A stretch of 64,000 bases of DNA from positions 10,140-74,139 of the IMG/VR virus record IMGVR_UViG_3300034082_002445; one strand, 5' to 3'. Shown one piece after another: positions 15,758 through 25,724 of the stretch (its first letter is position 1; each line of letters begins with the position of its first letter). This DNA is from a virus. Lineage: Duplodnaviria; Heunggongvirae; Uroviricota; Caudoviricetes. The translations under genes were made by a program, and so were the position numbers. Below the pieces are notes generated by a model. That model was given only the letters and a program-made list of their open reading frames with translations. It was not told the origin of the DNA and made no database searches.

Positions 15758-16734
15758 ATCAAAGTAAATTAGTAAATAGATTTGTAATAGGTACTTTTGT
15801 TACCTTATACCTGTTGGTTTCTACCATCTCAACAATTCACGTTATTGACTTCTTCGCGATGTCAAATCCATATTGGTTAGCAGTTACATTAGCAATTGCC
15901 TTTGAAGTTGGTGCAGCAGCATCTTTAGCTTCGTTAGTAGTTTTAGATAAAATGAACAAGGGTTTGATCTGGGCATTGTTTATCACTATTACTTTGATGC
16001 AAATGCAAGGAAACATGTACTACGCATTTAAGAATCTTAATAACTACCAATCATGGGTAGAATTATTTAACTTAGTTGATGAGGATCCTTTATACCAAAA
16101 AAGAATCTTATCATTTGTGTCTGGTGCTATCTTACCTTTGGTTGCTTTAGGATTTATTAAGTCATTGGTTGATTATATCAAACCTAGTGAAGAAAAACCT
16201 GCAATTGCTATAGAAGAGAATGTAGAATCAATGAGAGAGTTAGTTAAAGCTTATGATGATTTAGCTGAAGAAATGAAAGATTGGGAAGAAGCTTCATTGA
16301 CAGATTTTGTTGATGAGTGGGAAGAATCTACATTGACAGATTTACAAGATCTTGTTGAAGAAAAAACAGAGATCGAAGAAGAAAAAGCAGAGATCGAAGA
16401 AATGATTGAAACAGAATCAGCAACTGAAGAGGTTTTAGAAGAAAGAATTGAAGAAGTTTTAGAAAGAGAAGAATCATTAGAATCTAAGATCGAAGAAGTA
16501 ACTGAAGATATGACTAACGATTATATTTTTGGAAAGCAAATCTATCAAGATGCTATTAATAAAACAGCCAGAGCAAATGCTATTCTTAATGCTAGAAAAT
16601 CTAAGATTGAGGATCCAATTGCCAAAGAAGAATCTATCATAGAAGAATCACCATCAGAAAGAGAAATAAGAACCAATAAAATAAGTTCAACAGGTGCAAG
16701 AAGACCTAGTGGTGGATCAGTTGGAATGTACTAA
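15754..16734 (+). CDS. Hypothetical membrane protein with a highly acidic E-rich C-terminal half
   Basis: ORF track; four N-terminal transmembrane helices then EEKTEIEEEKAEIEE repeats. Confidence 0.5.
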   Translation: MNQSKLVNRFVIGTFVTLYLLVSTISTIHVIDFFAMSNPYWLAVTLAIAFEVGAAASLASLVVLDKMNKGLIWALFITITLMQMQGNMYYAFKNLNNYQSWVELFNLVDEDPLYQKRILSFVSGAILPLVALGFIKSLVDYIKPSEEKPAIAIEENVESMRELVKAYDDLAEEMKDWEEASLTDFVDEWEESTLTDLQDLVEEKTEIEEEKAEIEEMIETESATEEVLEERIEEVLEREESLESKIEEVTEDMTNDYIFGKQIYQDAINKTARANAILNARKSKIEDPIAKEESIIEESPSEREIRTNKISSTGARRPSGGSVGMY

Positions 16735-17197
16735 TACATTTGTTATTCCAGATGATTTTATTCTACAAAGCCTTTATATTTCTAATCAATTAGAAAAGAG
16801 TGCTTTTTTAGAAATAGTCAAAGAAAATAGTAGATTTGTTGCAGATAATTTATATCACATCGCAAATGATATAAAAACCAGACAACAGATCATAATCTAT
16901 GATGGTGAATTACCGTATTTCTTTGAAGCTACTATTAATACTGAAACAGCATATATTGGTCAAGCAAGATACCAAGCACAAAGAGTTTATTTTACAAAGA
17001 AGTTATTAACCAGAGGACCTAAATACAAAATTAAAGTTAGAATAGAAGGCAAAGGATTTGATGTTAATCAAACCTATTTTACAACTACTTATGAATCTAG
17101 CAATCCAGTTTTAATCACAAGAAAGATCAATTCACTATTAGAATACTTAAATTCAGGTAAACATTTAGATTTTATCCCGAAACAAATTCAAAGTTAA
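16694..17197 (+). CDS. hypothetical protein
   Basis: ORF track; overlaps the upstream gene by 41 nt; start uncertain. Confidence 0.4.
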   Translation: MQEDLVVDQLECTNTFVIPDDFILQSLYISNQLEKSAFLEIVKENSRFVADNLYHIANDIKTRQQIIIYDGELPYFFEATINTETAYIGQARYQAQRVYFTKKLLTRGPKYKIKVRIEGKGFDVNQTYFTTTYESSNPVLITRKINSLLEYLNSGKHLDFIPKQIQS

Positions 17198-17229
17198 TCA
17201 TATAAAGTAATACATTTAAACTATATAAT

Positions 17230-17457
17230 ATGTCACAAGAACAAACAACACAAGAAGCACCAGTAGCTGTAATGACTGATGGTCAAGCAATTCACTTATT
17301 GATCCAAGGAGTTAAAGCAGCTCAATCTAAAGGTGGAATCTACACATTAAACGATGCAGCTCTTTTAAACAAAGCAGTTGAGCATTTTGATTTTATCTTT
17401 AAGGCTACTGAAGCCGAACAAGCTGAACCAGAACAAGCTGAATCAGTAGAAAAGTAA
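17230..17457 (+). CDS. hypothetical protein
   Basis: ORF track. Confidence 0.4.
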   Translation: MSQEQTTQEAPVAVMTDGQAIHLLIQGVKAAQSKGGIYTLNDAALLNKAVEHFDFIFKATEAEQAEPEQAESVEK

Positions 17458-17521
17458 AAATACTTCACTTTTTCTTAAGCTTACTAGATACATATAGTAA
17501 GTCAAAAATAATTTTTAGATT

Positions 17522-17827
17522 ATGGAACAAAGCGCATCAAAAATAGACGTATTTTTATCTCTATTCAAGGATTTTGATTTAACAGTTACATACAGAGATG
17601 GACACTCTATTCCCAATTTTGAAAAAGAGGCTCTAGAAATTGAAAGAAATAATGTAAAGATTAAAAAAGATCTTGAAAAAGCTTTGAAAAGAGCACAAGA
17701 AGATTATTCTCTCGCAAGAAAAATGTTTAAAACTGGTAAGGTTACCAAAGAAGAACTTATAGACTTTGAATGGAGAATATTTGAGCTTAAAGAACAAATT
17801 AACCAAATTGATCAAGGTGAGTATTAA
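17522..17827 (+). CDS. hypothetical protein
   Basis: ORF track; followed by a terminator. Confidence 0.45.
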   Translation: MEQSASKIDVFLSLFKDFDLTVTYRDGHSIPNFEKEALEIERNNVKIKKDLEKALKRAQEDYSLARKMFKTGKVTKEELIDFEWRIFELKEQINQIDQGEY

Positions 17828-17845
17828 TACTCACCTTTTTTATTT
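17816..17845 (+). terminator. rho-independent terminator
   Basis: ggtgagtattaatactcacc hairpin followed by T6. Confidence 0.6.
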
Positions 17846-17924
17846 TACGAAAGTACCATATTTGTATAGACTGTTACGATAGATATGTAGAAGAGAAGAT
17901 CTTCTAAAAATTAAAACATTAAAA

Positions 17925-18839
17925 ATGTTTACTACACTTAAACTTGATTCTACTGGCGAAAACGTTAGACACTTACAAAGCTTTTTAAAACTTAAAGTGG
18001 ATGGTGATTTTGGCTCAAATACTGAAAAGGCTGTTAAAGAATGGCAAAAGAAAAAAGGTTTGCTTGATGATGGTATTGTTGGTCCTAAAACTTGGGCAGC
18101 AATGGGTCTTAAAGATACGTTATTAACAACAGATCAATCTGAAAAATCATATAAAACAACAGATGGACTCGTTATTAATAAGTTTAGACTAAGTGCTAAT
18201 GAGTATATGCCAGGTCCAACTAAAAAAGAATATATTTTTATACACCACACAGCTGGTTGGAATGATCCTTATAAAACCATCACAGACTGGGAAAAAGATG
18301 ATCGCGGTAGAGTAGGAACACAATATGTTATTGGTGGACCAAATGTTAAGAACGGGGATTTAACATTTGATGGTACGGTGGTAGAATGTTTTGATGACAA
18401 GGCATACGCTGGTCATTTAGGTGCAGTTAACTCTCATTATATGCACACTCACTCAGTTGGCATTGAAATCTGTAACTTTGGGTTCTTAAAGCCATCAGGT
18501 GCAGGTTATATTACTTATACTGGTCAAATCGTAGATGAAGATCAAGTTACTGATTTAGGCTATGAGTTTAGAAGTTACAGATACTGGCACAAATACTCAG
18601 ATGCACAATTAGCTAATCTTAAAAAACTAATTAGACATATTGCAAAGATGCATAATATTGATATGACAAAGGGTCTTTTAGACAGATTAGAAGAAATGGA
18701 AGAGGATGAAGCATTTGAATATGATATTAATATCTCAAATGGTAATGTCAAAGGAATCCTAAGTCATACTAATGTTAGAAAGGACAAAATGGATGTTTAT
18801 CCTTGTCCAAGGCTTATTGCAATGCTTAGAAATCTATAA
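17925..18839 (+). CDS. Endolysin: N-terminal peptidoglycan-binding domain and N-acetylmuramoyl-L-alanine amidase (Amidase_2 / PGRP)
   Basis: DGDFGSNTEKAVKEWQKKKGLLDDGIVGPKTW (PG_binding_1), then FIHHTAG...GHLGAVNSHYMHTHSVGIEICN (amidase zinc ligands). Confidence 0.8.
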   Translation: MFTTLKLDSTGENVRHLQSFLKLKVDGDFGSNTEKAVKEWQKKKGLLDDGIVGPKTWAAMGLKDTLLTTDQSEKSYKTTDGLVINKFRLSANEYMPGPTKKEYIFIHHTAGWNDPYKTITDWEKDDRGRVGTQYVIGGPNVKNGDLTFDGTVVECFDDKAYAGHLGAVNSHYMHTHSVGIEICNFGFLKPSGAGYITYTGQIVDEDQVTDLGYEFRSYRYWHKYSDAQLANLKKLIRHIAKMHNIDMTKGLLDRLEEMEEDEAFEYDINISNGNVKGILSHTNVRKDKMDVYPCPRLIAMLRNL

Positions 18840-18877
18840 TTTGAAACTTTCATTGTTTGGTGTATACAATCTAAACA

Positions 18878-19744
18878 ATGAAACGTATATTGATGTTGTT
18901 GATGCTTTTGGTCTCCTTAGCTACAGCAAATGCAAAATGTGATTGGAGTTCACTCAAGCTTCAACAATGGAATAATCGTAATGTTTATAAATGGTATGTA
19001 AGCGGCAAAGTATTAGATGATACTTGTGTTGATTACAGGTTTATGATTTACGATTTTCAAACCAAGAAAACCGATACTGTATTTGATAACAGAGGTATTT
19101 GTGAAGTTCAATTTAACAAAAAGGGCAAATACAAAATGTATTTGAAAGTTTGGAACAGATGCAAAAAATGTGATACAGCTCTTTATCGTGAAGTAAACAT
19201 CATCTATTTTCCAAAATGTACATTTACCTATGGCATGAGAAGTTCTAAAGGTAATAACTGCGCTGATAGTATGGTCGGTGAAATGAGTTTGGGACCTTGG
19301 ATTAAAGGTGATACTTGTTGGCAGTGGTGGAATTATATTTACAATAGTAAAGAATTAAATGCCTTATCGCAAAGTGATTGGGATTCAATGTCAAATGAGC
19401 AATTATACAACTATTACGATTTTAACGATACGGGCATGATATTTTATCAAGGTCCTGCTAATTCAGCTCGTAGAATTGAATACAAATTTCCACGTGATGG
19501 AAAATACTTAGTGGTAACTCAATGGTATAACAAATGTTTAAGTCAAGATACATTCTTCTTTACGCGCATCACTGTTAAATGCAATAAAGTAACAAGCGTT
19601 GAGACACTTGCCAAAGGAGAACCTAAATTGATTGGTATATTTGATATGATGGGACGTCCAGTTAATAATGCCCGTGACAATGAGATAACTATCTACTTGT
19701 ATGGTGATGGTACAACTCGCAAAATAGTTAGATTGAAAAACTAA
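18878..19744 (+). CDS. Secreted Cys-rich hypothetical protein
   Basis: Signal peptide MKRILMLLMLLVSLATANA; many Cys and Trp. Confidence 0.5.
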   Translation: MKRILMLLMLLVSLATANAKCDWSSLKLQQWNNRNVYKWYVSGKVLDDTCVDYRFMIYDFQTKKTDTVFDNRGICEVQFNKKGKYKMYLKVWNRCKKCDTALYREVNIIYFPKCTFTYGMRSSKGNNCADSMVGEMSLGPWIKGDTCWQWWNYIYNSKELNALSQSDWDSMSNEQLYNYYDFNDTGMIFYQGPANSARRIEYKFPRDGKYLVVTQWYNKCLSQDTFFFTRITVKCNKVTSVETLAKGEPKLIGIFDMMGRPVNNARDNEITIYLYGDGTTRKIVRLKN

Positions 19745-19838
19745 TTGTTCGTAACTTTTTAGAAAATAATTCAGCCCAAATTTTTTAGTTTGGGCTTTTT
19801 TATGTATATTAGCTGTATAATTAAAAGATAAATAACTT
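19745..19838 (+). promoter_or_regulatory. Intergenic cassette: TAATTGTTCGTAACTTTTT, terminator hairpin (agcccaaa/tttgggct + T7), then TGTATAATTAAAAG
   Basis: One of 13 related cassettes (766, 19745, 20658, 24799, 25860, 27962, 28620, 29225, 33508, 33724, 39955, 43386, 46427). Confidence 0.6.
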
Positions 19839-20657
19839 ATGAAAGCAATAAAATCCTATCAACAATTTGTAAATGAGGCAAAAAGCACAGGCTTAATTTA
19901 TACCATCTTAGATGCATTAGAACCAACTGTCTTAACTATGGTTAATGAAGTTGAAGCTTGGTTCATTAAAAAGTTTGAACGTCCTTTTTCTGATTTTGAT
20001 AGAGAAATGACTCATCTTCAGGTTATAGCTGACTTAGTTAAATCAATTGAATATTATACAGAGCCAACAGATACTTTGCTTTCAATCACACCATCTACAT
20101 CTCGTAAAGGTAACATTGAAATCTCTGCTCAAATTCAAAGAGGAACTGAAACATACAGTTTAAAGACAGAAGCTATTATTGCTGGTGGTTATAATATTCA
20201 ACGAGCTCATTATCGTTACCTAACAAGCACAAAATTGCCAAGAACTGGCAGATCAGAAATCAGCAAAGAATACACTGAAAAGATCAAGAAAATGACCAAA
20301 GCTGAAAAGCTAAATTTCGAGATTGAGAATTTGGAAAGAGACATTACACGAGTTAAAGAAAAACTAGCTAAAAACAGTCCAATGACTGATGCTCAAATTG
20401 AACAAGAGCTAATCGATACTCAATATTGGGCTTATAAAGACAATCCAACATGGGACGAATTGATCAAAAGAGATGCTGCTAAAAACTATAATAACTCTGA
20501 AGAAGAATACAATGCAAGTATAGCAAAAAACAAAGCTGGTGGTATTGAATTCTGGAAAACACAAAACGTTCAATGGCCTACCACCAGATTGAAATCTTTG
20601 GAAAAAGATGTTATCAAGCTTAGAGGCAAATTAGAAGTAATAACTGCTTCAATCTAA
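19839..20657 (+). CDS. CTS-family protein (divergent member: MKAIKSYQQFVNEAK)
   Basis: N-terminus related to the MKHIKLFEEFLNEA family. Confidence 0.5.
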   Translation: MKAIKSYQQFVNEAKSTGLIYTILDALEPTVLTMVNEVEAWFIKKFERPFSDFDREMTHLQVIADLVKSIEYYTEPTDTLLSITPSTSRKGNIEISAQIQRGTETYSLKTEAIIAGGYNIQRAHYRYLTSTKLPRTGRSEISKEYTEKIKKMTKAEKLNFEIENLERDITRVKEKLAKNSPMTDAQIEQELIDTQYWAYKDNPTWDELIKRDAAKNYNNSEEEYNASIAKNKAGGIEFWKTQNVQWPTTRLKSLEKDVIKLRGKLEVITASI

Positions 20658-20757
20658 TTGTTCGTAACTTTTTAAGATCCGGGTGAATTTATTTTCATCC
20701 GGATTTTTTTATGTCAAATGTTTTGTGTATATTTACAGTATAATTAAAAGAAAGAAA
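20658..20757 (+). promoter_or_regulatory. Intergenic cassette: TTGTTCGTAACTTTTT, terminator hairpin, TGTCAAA-N9-TATATTTAC-N2-TATAATTAAAAG
   Basis: Hairpin atccgggtgaatttattttcatccggat + T7; compensatory base changes among copies at 24799, 27962 and 43386. Confidence 0.65.
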
Positions 20758-21501
20758 ATGCCACAGATATTTAAAGTAGGAGGATGTGTAAGGGACAAGT
20801 TTCTTGGATTAGAATCCAAAGATATAGATTTTACATTTGTATTGGATGACTTATCCGGATCAGTCCAGGAAGGTTTCGCAACAATGGAAGATCATCTTAA
20901 ACAAGAAGGTTTTGAAGTGTTCTTGAGCACTCCAGACTGTTTTACTATTAGGGCTAAGTTTCCTAAAGGGCACCAATTTAGTGGCCTAGTGGCTGACTTT
21001 GTAATGGCTCGTAAAGAAGTTGGTTACATGGAAGGAACTCGTCAGCCTATTCTAGAACTTGGAACTCTGGCCGATGATTTACTTCGTCGAGATTTTACAG
21101 TCAATGCTTTAACTGAAGACATTGATGGAAACATTATTGATCTTTTTGGTGGTCAAGAGGACCTAAAACAAGGTTTGCTTAGAACACCGTTGCCTGCAAA
21201 AATGACTATGATGGATGATCCATTGAGAATCATGAGGGCTTTGAGGTTTAAAATCACTAAAGGATTTAGCATCCATGATGATATTTGGATGGCAATGATG
21301 CAACCTGAAATCTTAGAAAAATTAAGAACGACAGTTAGTGCTGAAAGAATTCGCGATGAGGTTTTCAAAATGATGAAGCATGACACTGTTGCAACTATCA
21401 AATTGCTACATTTAGTCGATGCTCAATCAATCCCAGGCTTTTTAGACTTGGTCTTTGATCGAGGCATGTGGTTAAAACCAACTTTTGAAAAGAAACAATA
21501 A
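20758..21501 (+). CDS. tRNA nucleotidyltransferase (CCA-adding enzyme, Pol-beta head domain)
   Basis: MPQIFKVGGCVRDKFLG...RRDFTVNAL...DDPLRIMRALRF; the ORF-track start at 20683 lies in the promoter cassette, so the start is moved to ATG 20758. Confidence 0.8.
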   Translation: MPQIFKVGGCVRDKFLGLESKDIDFTFVLDDLSGSVQEGFATMEDHLKQEGFEVFLSTPDCFTIRAKFPKGHQFSGLVADFVMARKEVGYMEGTRQPILELGTLADDLLRRDFTVNALTEDIDGNIIDLFGGQEDLKQGLLRTPLPAKMTMMDDPLRIMRALRFKITKGFSIHDDIWMAMMQPEILEKLRTTVSAERIRDEVFKMMKHDTVATIKLLHLVDAQSIPGFLDLVFDRGMWLKPTFEKKQ

Positions 21502-21539
21502 GATAAGTTGTTATATAATTAAATAAAAACAAGTATTAT

Positions 21540-22076
21540 ATGGCAACTACAGCACAATTAATGGCAGCTCTTGAAAAATTAACCGCAGATGGTGAGAAAT
21601 TTCCAGGCATGCCTTCAGTAAAAACTATTATTGAAAACTATATCAAAAAGAAATACCCTGAGTATGAACAATTTGATACAGCTGCTGAAAGAAAGAAATT
21701 CATCGATGACACTTATAAAGTGGTAGAACAAGAAGTTAAGATGCAAATTTATGTGGTTAAATCTACTTATGCTAATATAAAAGCTGGTATAACACAAGTA
21801 CAAGATACTATTAAAGCTACTATTGCGAGTGCTGCTATTCCTTCGGTTTTACCAAATGCGGGCGGACCTTCATTACCAAATCCTTTAAGTACATTACAAG
21901 AAGCCAGTGCAAAAGTTAATCAAATGTTGGCTATCTTAAATAACTTAGTTAATCAATTTGTTGGCTTGTTAGGAGCAGCAATCAAAATTGAATTAACAGT
22001 ACCAGATGCTGTAGTGGCTTTGATCGATATAATAGCAACACTAAGACAAGCTATTTTAGCAATCCCAAAAGTATAA
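21540..22076 (+). CDS. hypothetical protein
   Basis: ORF track. Confidence 0.45.
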   Translation: MATTAQLMAALEKLTADGEKFPGMPSVKTIIENYIKKKYPEYEQFDTAAERKKFIDDTYKVVEQEVKMQIYVVKSTYANIKAGITQVQDTIKATIASAAIPSVLPNAGGPSLPNPLSTLQEASAKVNQMLAILNNLVNQFVGLLGAAIKIELTVPDAVVALIDIIATLRQAILAIPKV

Positions 22077-22090
22077 TCAAATAAAACATA

Positions 22091-23221
22091 ATGGAAAGAA
22101 AACTAGCATCTGTACAGAGAATCGCTAGCATTAGACCAATTGAGGGTGCTGATGCTATCGAAGTGGCAAGAATCAACAACTGGGATGTTGTTGTTAAAAA
22201 GAACGAGTTTAAAGAAGGAGAACTTTGTGTTTACTTTGAAATTGATTCATTCTTACCAATCAGAGAAGAGTTTGAATTCTTACGTAAGAGCTCATTTAAA
22301 AAGATGGGTGACCAAGAAGGATTTCGCTTAAAGACTATTAGACTAAGAGGCCAAGTTTCTCAAGGTTTAGTAGTTCCTATTACTATCTTAAATGGTGATT
22401 ACATTATTGGAATCTCTCAACAACCACACGGAGATCAATTACAATTAGGACCTTATGATGATGCTTTAGTAATCGAAGAAGGTGCAGATGTAACTGAATT
22501 GTTAGGCGTAGAGAAATATGAACCACCAATTCCAGCTGAATTGTCTGGTAAAGTCAAAGGTTACTTTCCATCATTTATTCATAAAACTGATGAAGAACGA
22601 GTTCAAAACTTGGTTAAAGAATATGCACAATGGAAAGAACAAGATCTGGACTTCTATGTGACTGAGAAATTAGATGGATCTTCAGCAACTTATTACTATA
22701 ATAATGGTGTCTTTGGTGTATGTTCAAGAAACTTAGAACTAGCAGAACCTGAAGAATTTGTAGCAGGAATGGTAATGTGTGATGACGGTATCGAAAGACC
22801 ACGTCAACAAAATTCATTTTGGAAAGTAGCTCAAGAATTAGGACTCAAAGAAAAGTTAGAAGCTTATGGTCGAAATATCTCTATTCAAGGCGAATTGATT
22901 GGTGAAGGGATCCAAGGAAATCCTTACAAAATCAAGGGACAAACTGTTAGATTCTTTAATGTATTTGATATTGATACACAAGAGTACTATGGTTTACCAA
23001 TGTTCTTAGCAACTATGCAACATACTTTAAAATTGGAAACTGTACCAGTATTGGAATTTCCATGTAAGTTACCAGATACTATCGATGAATTATTGGCTTA
23101 TGCTGATGCAAAATCAGTCCTAAATCCTAATTTCGATAGAGAAGGCGTAGTTATTAGAAGTTTGGATCGTAAGATTAGTTTTAAAGCTATTTCGAATAAG
23201 TTTTTAATGAATGAAAAGTAA
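22091..23221 (+). CDS. ATP-dependent RNA ligase with N-terminal OB-fold tRNA-binding (EMAP/Myf-like) domain
   Basis: N-terminus SVQRIASIRPIEGADAIEVARINNWDVVVKK..GELCVYFEIDSFLP is tRNA-binding-domain-like; nucleotidyltransferase motif I TEKLDGSS (KxDG). Confidence 0.6.
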   Translation: MERKLASVQRIASIRPIEGADAIEVARINNWDVVVKKNEFKEGELCVYFEIDSFLPIREEFEFLRKSSFKKMGDQEGFRLKTIRLRGQVSQGLVVPITILNGDYIIGISQQPHGDQLQLGPYDDALVIEEGADVTELLGVEKYEPPIPAELSGKVKGYFPSFIHKTDEERVQNLVKEYAQWKEQDLDFYVTEKLDGSSATYYYNNGVFGVCSRNLELAEPEEFVAGMVMCDDGIERPRQQNSFWKVAQELGLKEKLEAYGRNISIQGELIGEGIQGNPYKIKGQTVRFFNVFDIDTQEYYGLPMFLATMQHTLKLETVPVLEFPCKLPDTIDELLAYADAKSVLNPNFDREGVVIRSLDRKISFKAISNKFLMNEK

Positions 23222-23547
23222 TGGATAACAGGAATATTTTAAAGGCATTGACATTTATCTTATCAGAAAGAGGCGTAGGTAAAACTGAATTGTTAAAAAG
23301 AGGTATTAGTAATTACGATCGACCTTTTATTTATGTGTGCATGAACAAAGAAGCTGGATTAGATGCATTTCATGGTAAACCAAACCCAAATGCTAAGTTG
23401 GTTGCAATAGACAGAATAGAAGAATTGATTGGCGAACACAAACCAGTTATTGTAGATCAAGAGGTTATCAGAAAGATCTGTGCAGATTCGTGGCTGTATA
23501 TGTCCAAATTAGAATTGCTTATTAAACCATCTAATATCGATATATAA
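23221..23547 (+). CDS. hypothetical protein
   Basis: ORF track. Confidence 0.4.
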   Translation: MDNRNILKALTFILSERGVGKTELLKRGISNYDRPFIYVCMNKEAGLDAFHGKPNPNAKLVAIDRIEELIGEHKPVIVDQEVIRKICADSWLYMSKLELLIKPSNIDI

Positions 23548-23566
23548 CTTAAAATAAGTTAAATCA

Positions 23567-24172
23567 ATGAAACATATTAAATTATTTGAAGATTTTTTAA
23601 ATGAAGCAACTCCTTCTGAAATTATAAAAGATTTGGATAAAGTAAGACATGACTTGATTAAAAAAGTAGATGTATTAATTGCTAAAAAGAAAAAACTTTA
23701 TTCTAATATAGATATTGAATCGCCGATGAGTGCTGATGAGAAAGAATTAGAGAAGGATATACAATCTATATTTTCACAGATCCAACAAATAATTCAACAA
23801 AAAAGAAAATTAAAAGAGTCGGTAAACGAAGCTGCAATAACATCTGATAAAATCAAACAATATTATTCTGCAATCTGTAAAGCTGAAGGCGTAGATGAAA
23901 TTCCATTGAGATTCGAATCAGTTAAATTCGGTGGTGCATCAACTACATATAATCCAAAAACAAACAAAGCACTTTACATTTCTTTCGATGTTAGTAAAAT
24001 GCACGATGCTGAATATGCTATTTTGCATGAATTAACACATCAAATAAAATTACAAACCGAAGGTGATCCATATCTTGGTAAAAAAGATCAATCTGCTAAA
24101 TTTAAGAAATTAGAGAATGCCATGATTGATAAATACATGTACTCTAGTTATTCCAATATACTTTGGAAATAA
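23567..24172 (+). CDS. CTS-family protein with an HExxH motif (putative zinc metallopeptidase)
   Basis: N-terminus MKHIKLFEDFLNEA; AILHELTHQ contains HExxH. Confidence 0.55.
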   Translation: MKHIKLFEDFLNEATPSEIIKDLDKVRHDLIKKVDVLIAKKKKLYSNIDIESPMSADEKELEKDIQSIFSQIQQIIQQKRKLKESVNEAAITSDKIKQYYSAICKAEGVDEIPLRFESVKFGGASTTYNPKTNKALYISFDVSKMHDAEYAILHELTHQIKLQTEGDPYLGKKDQSAKFKKLENAMIDKYMYSSYSNILWK

Positions 24173-24192
24173 AAAATTATAAAAATAAATTG

Positions 24193-24795
24193 ATGAAAAA
24201 TATTAGACTATTCGAACAATTTGTTAAGGATCTAGTCGAGAAAAAGGGCGACACATACAATTCAAGTTGTGCTATGTTGTACTTTGACTTTCCACAACTT
24301 GCAGAAATTCATTCCAAAATAGACGAAGAAGATCTTTACACCGAAGAAGAGGACAGAACATTTGGTTTAGAAGATGAACCGCATTGTACATTACTTTATG
24401 GTTTAGAAAACACAGTTACTCCAGATCAAATCGAACAAATAGTTAAGGGTATCAAATTTGGTAAGCTTAGACTTTACAATATGTCACTATTTGAAAATGG
24501 TAAGTATGATGTTTTAAAGTTTGATGTAGGCTATACTGATAAGAAATCTTCATTCTTGCATGATTGTAACGAAGAATTGACTAAGTTACCGTATAAGAGT
24601 GATTTCCCAGATTATCATCCTCACATGACAGTAGCATACTTAAAACCAGGAATGGGAGACAAATATACAATGGCATTTAAAAACGAAGAGCATGAGGTTT
24701 ATCCTAATCACATCATTTTTAGTGAGCCAGATAATACCAAGACTCAAATTGCAATTGATACGCTTTTGCCACCAGACAAAGCCAGAATGGATTAA
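24193..24795 (+). CDS. CTS-family protein with a 2H phosphoesterase fold (LigT / Acb1-like)
   Basis: N-terminus MKNIRLFEQFVKDL; two H-x-T-x motifs, PHCTLLYGL and HPHMTVAYL. Confidence 0.6.
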   Translation: MKNIRLFEQFVKDLVEKKGDTYNSSCAMLYFDFPQLAEIHSKIDEEDLYTEEEDRTFGLEDEPHCTLLYGLENTVTPDQIEQIVKGIKFGKLRLYNMSLFENGKYDVLKFDVGYTDKKSSFLHDCNEELTKLPYKSDFPDYHPHMTVAYLKPGMGDKYTMAFKNEEHEVYPNHIIFSEPDNTKTQIAIDTLLPPDKARMD

Positions 24796-24798
24796 TTC

Positions 24799-24900
24799 AA
24801 ATTGTTCGTAACTTTATTAGATCCAGGTGAATTTATTTTCATCTGGATTTTTTTATGTCAAAAACTTTTTGTATATTTACAGTATAATCAAACAAACAAC
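24799..24900 (+). promoter_or_regulatory. Intergenic cassette (TTGTTCGTAACTTT, hairpin, promoter boxes)
   Basis: Hairpin atccaggtgaatttattttcatctggat: G-C to A-T compensatory change relative to the copy at 20678. Confidence 0.6.
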
Positions 24901-25080
24901 ATGTATAAAGAAGAATTAAAAGCAGAAGCAATCAGAATTATCAAAGCAAATCCTGAACTTAAATCAGAAATACAAGAATTGTATTCGTTAGCCCTTTCAG
25001 AGATTGAAGAAGGTGGATCAGAATCACATGAATGTGATTTAGCTTATAATGATATGTTAGAACTTGAAAGAGAAGCATAA
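24901..25080 (+). CDS. small hypothetical acidic protein (59 aa)
   Basis: MYKEELKAEAIRIIKANPELKSEIQELYS...; the ORF-track start at 24802 lies in the cassette, so the start is moved to 24901. Confidence 0.45.
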   Translation: MYKEELKAEAIRIIKANPELKSEIQELYSLALSEIEEGGSESHECDLAYNDMLELEREA

Positions 25081-25724
25081 TGATAAACAACTTAGATGTA
25101 ATCAAACCATTATTAAACTTCGAAAAGAAGGGTGACTTTTACATGCTTTATGTTTTTAAGCGTAAAAAGGACCAACCTGAAGCCGAACGAGACAATCATC
25201 AATCAGTAAGAACTATTAAGTCTTATTGTATTGAAAGTATTGATCATTTAGAACGTAGATGGGATGAGATCAAACAATTGTGTGAGATGTTTAAAGCTCG
25301 TGCTTATATTCATGTTCAAAAACAAAATCACTTTGATGTTAGTTTAAACATGATGGTTGCACTTGCTCAGAGAATTCAAGATGGTAACACAAATCAAAAA
25401 GGTTTGTTTGATTCAGTTGTTGGTCAGATCAAGACTCAAGAAAAACGTTGGATTGTTGACATTGATACCAAAGATGAGTCATTTAATAGAGAAATTCAAT
25501 TATTCATTAATACTCAGTGTCTGCCATTTGGAATGAAGATTATTGCTAATATTCCAACTAAAAATGGGGTTCATTTAATCACTGAACGCTTTGATGTTAA
25601 GACTTTTAGTGAAAAGTATCCAGAGATTGACATCCAAAAGAAGAATCCAACCCTATTATATTACCCAAACAGTTTAGACTATGAAGAAGACATTAATGCT
25701 TTTGTTAATATTAGCGTTTACTAG
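25080..25724 (+). CDS. hypothetical protein
   Basis: ORF track; ATGA overlap with the upstream gene. Confidence 0.45.
   Translation: MINNLDVIKPLLNFEKKGDFYMLYVFKRKKDQPEAERDNHQSVRTIKSYCIESIDHLERRWDEIKQLCEMFKARAYIHVQKQNHFDVSLNMMVALAQRIQDGNTNQKGLFDSVVGQIKTQEKRWIVDIDTKDESFNREIQLFINTQCLPFGMKIIANIPTKNGVHLITERFDVKTFSEKYPEIDIQKKNPTLLYYPNSLDYEEDINAFVNISVY

Noticed and set aside
20683-20757. ORF-track start (MNLFSSGFFYVKCFVYIYSIIKRKK) for the CCA-adding enzyme
   Set aside because: This stretch is the translated terminator-promoter cassette. The conserved GGCVRD motif follows ATG 20758.
20700-20757. Interpreting the TGTCAAA ... TATAAT cassette as a canonical sigma70 promoter
   Set aside because: The -35-like and -10-like boxes are 20-22 bp apart and a third conserved box (TATATTTAC) sits between them. 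The element is clearly conserved, but I cannot assign it to a known sigma factor class from sequence alone.
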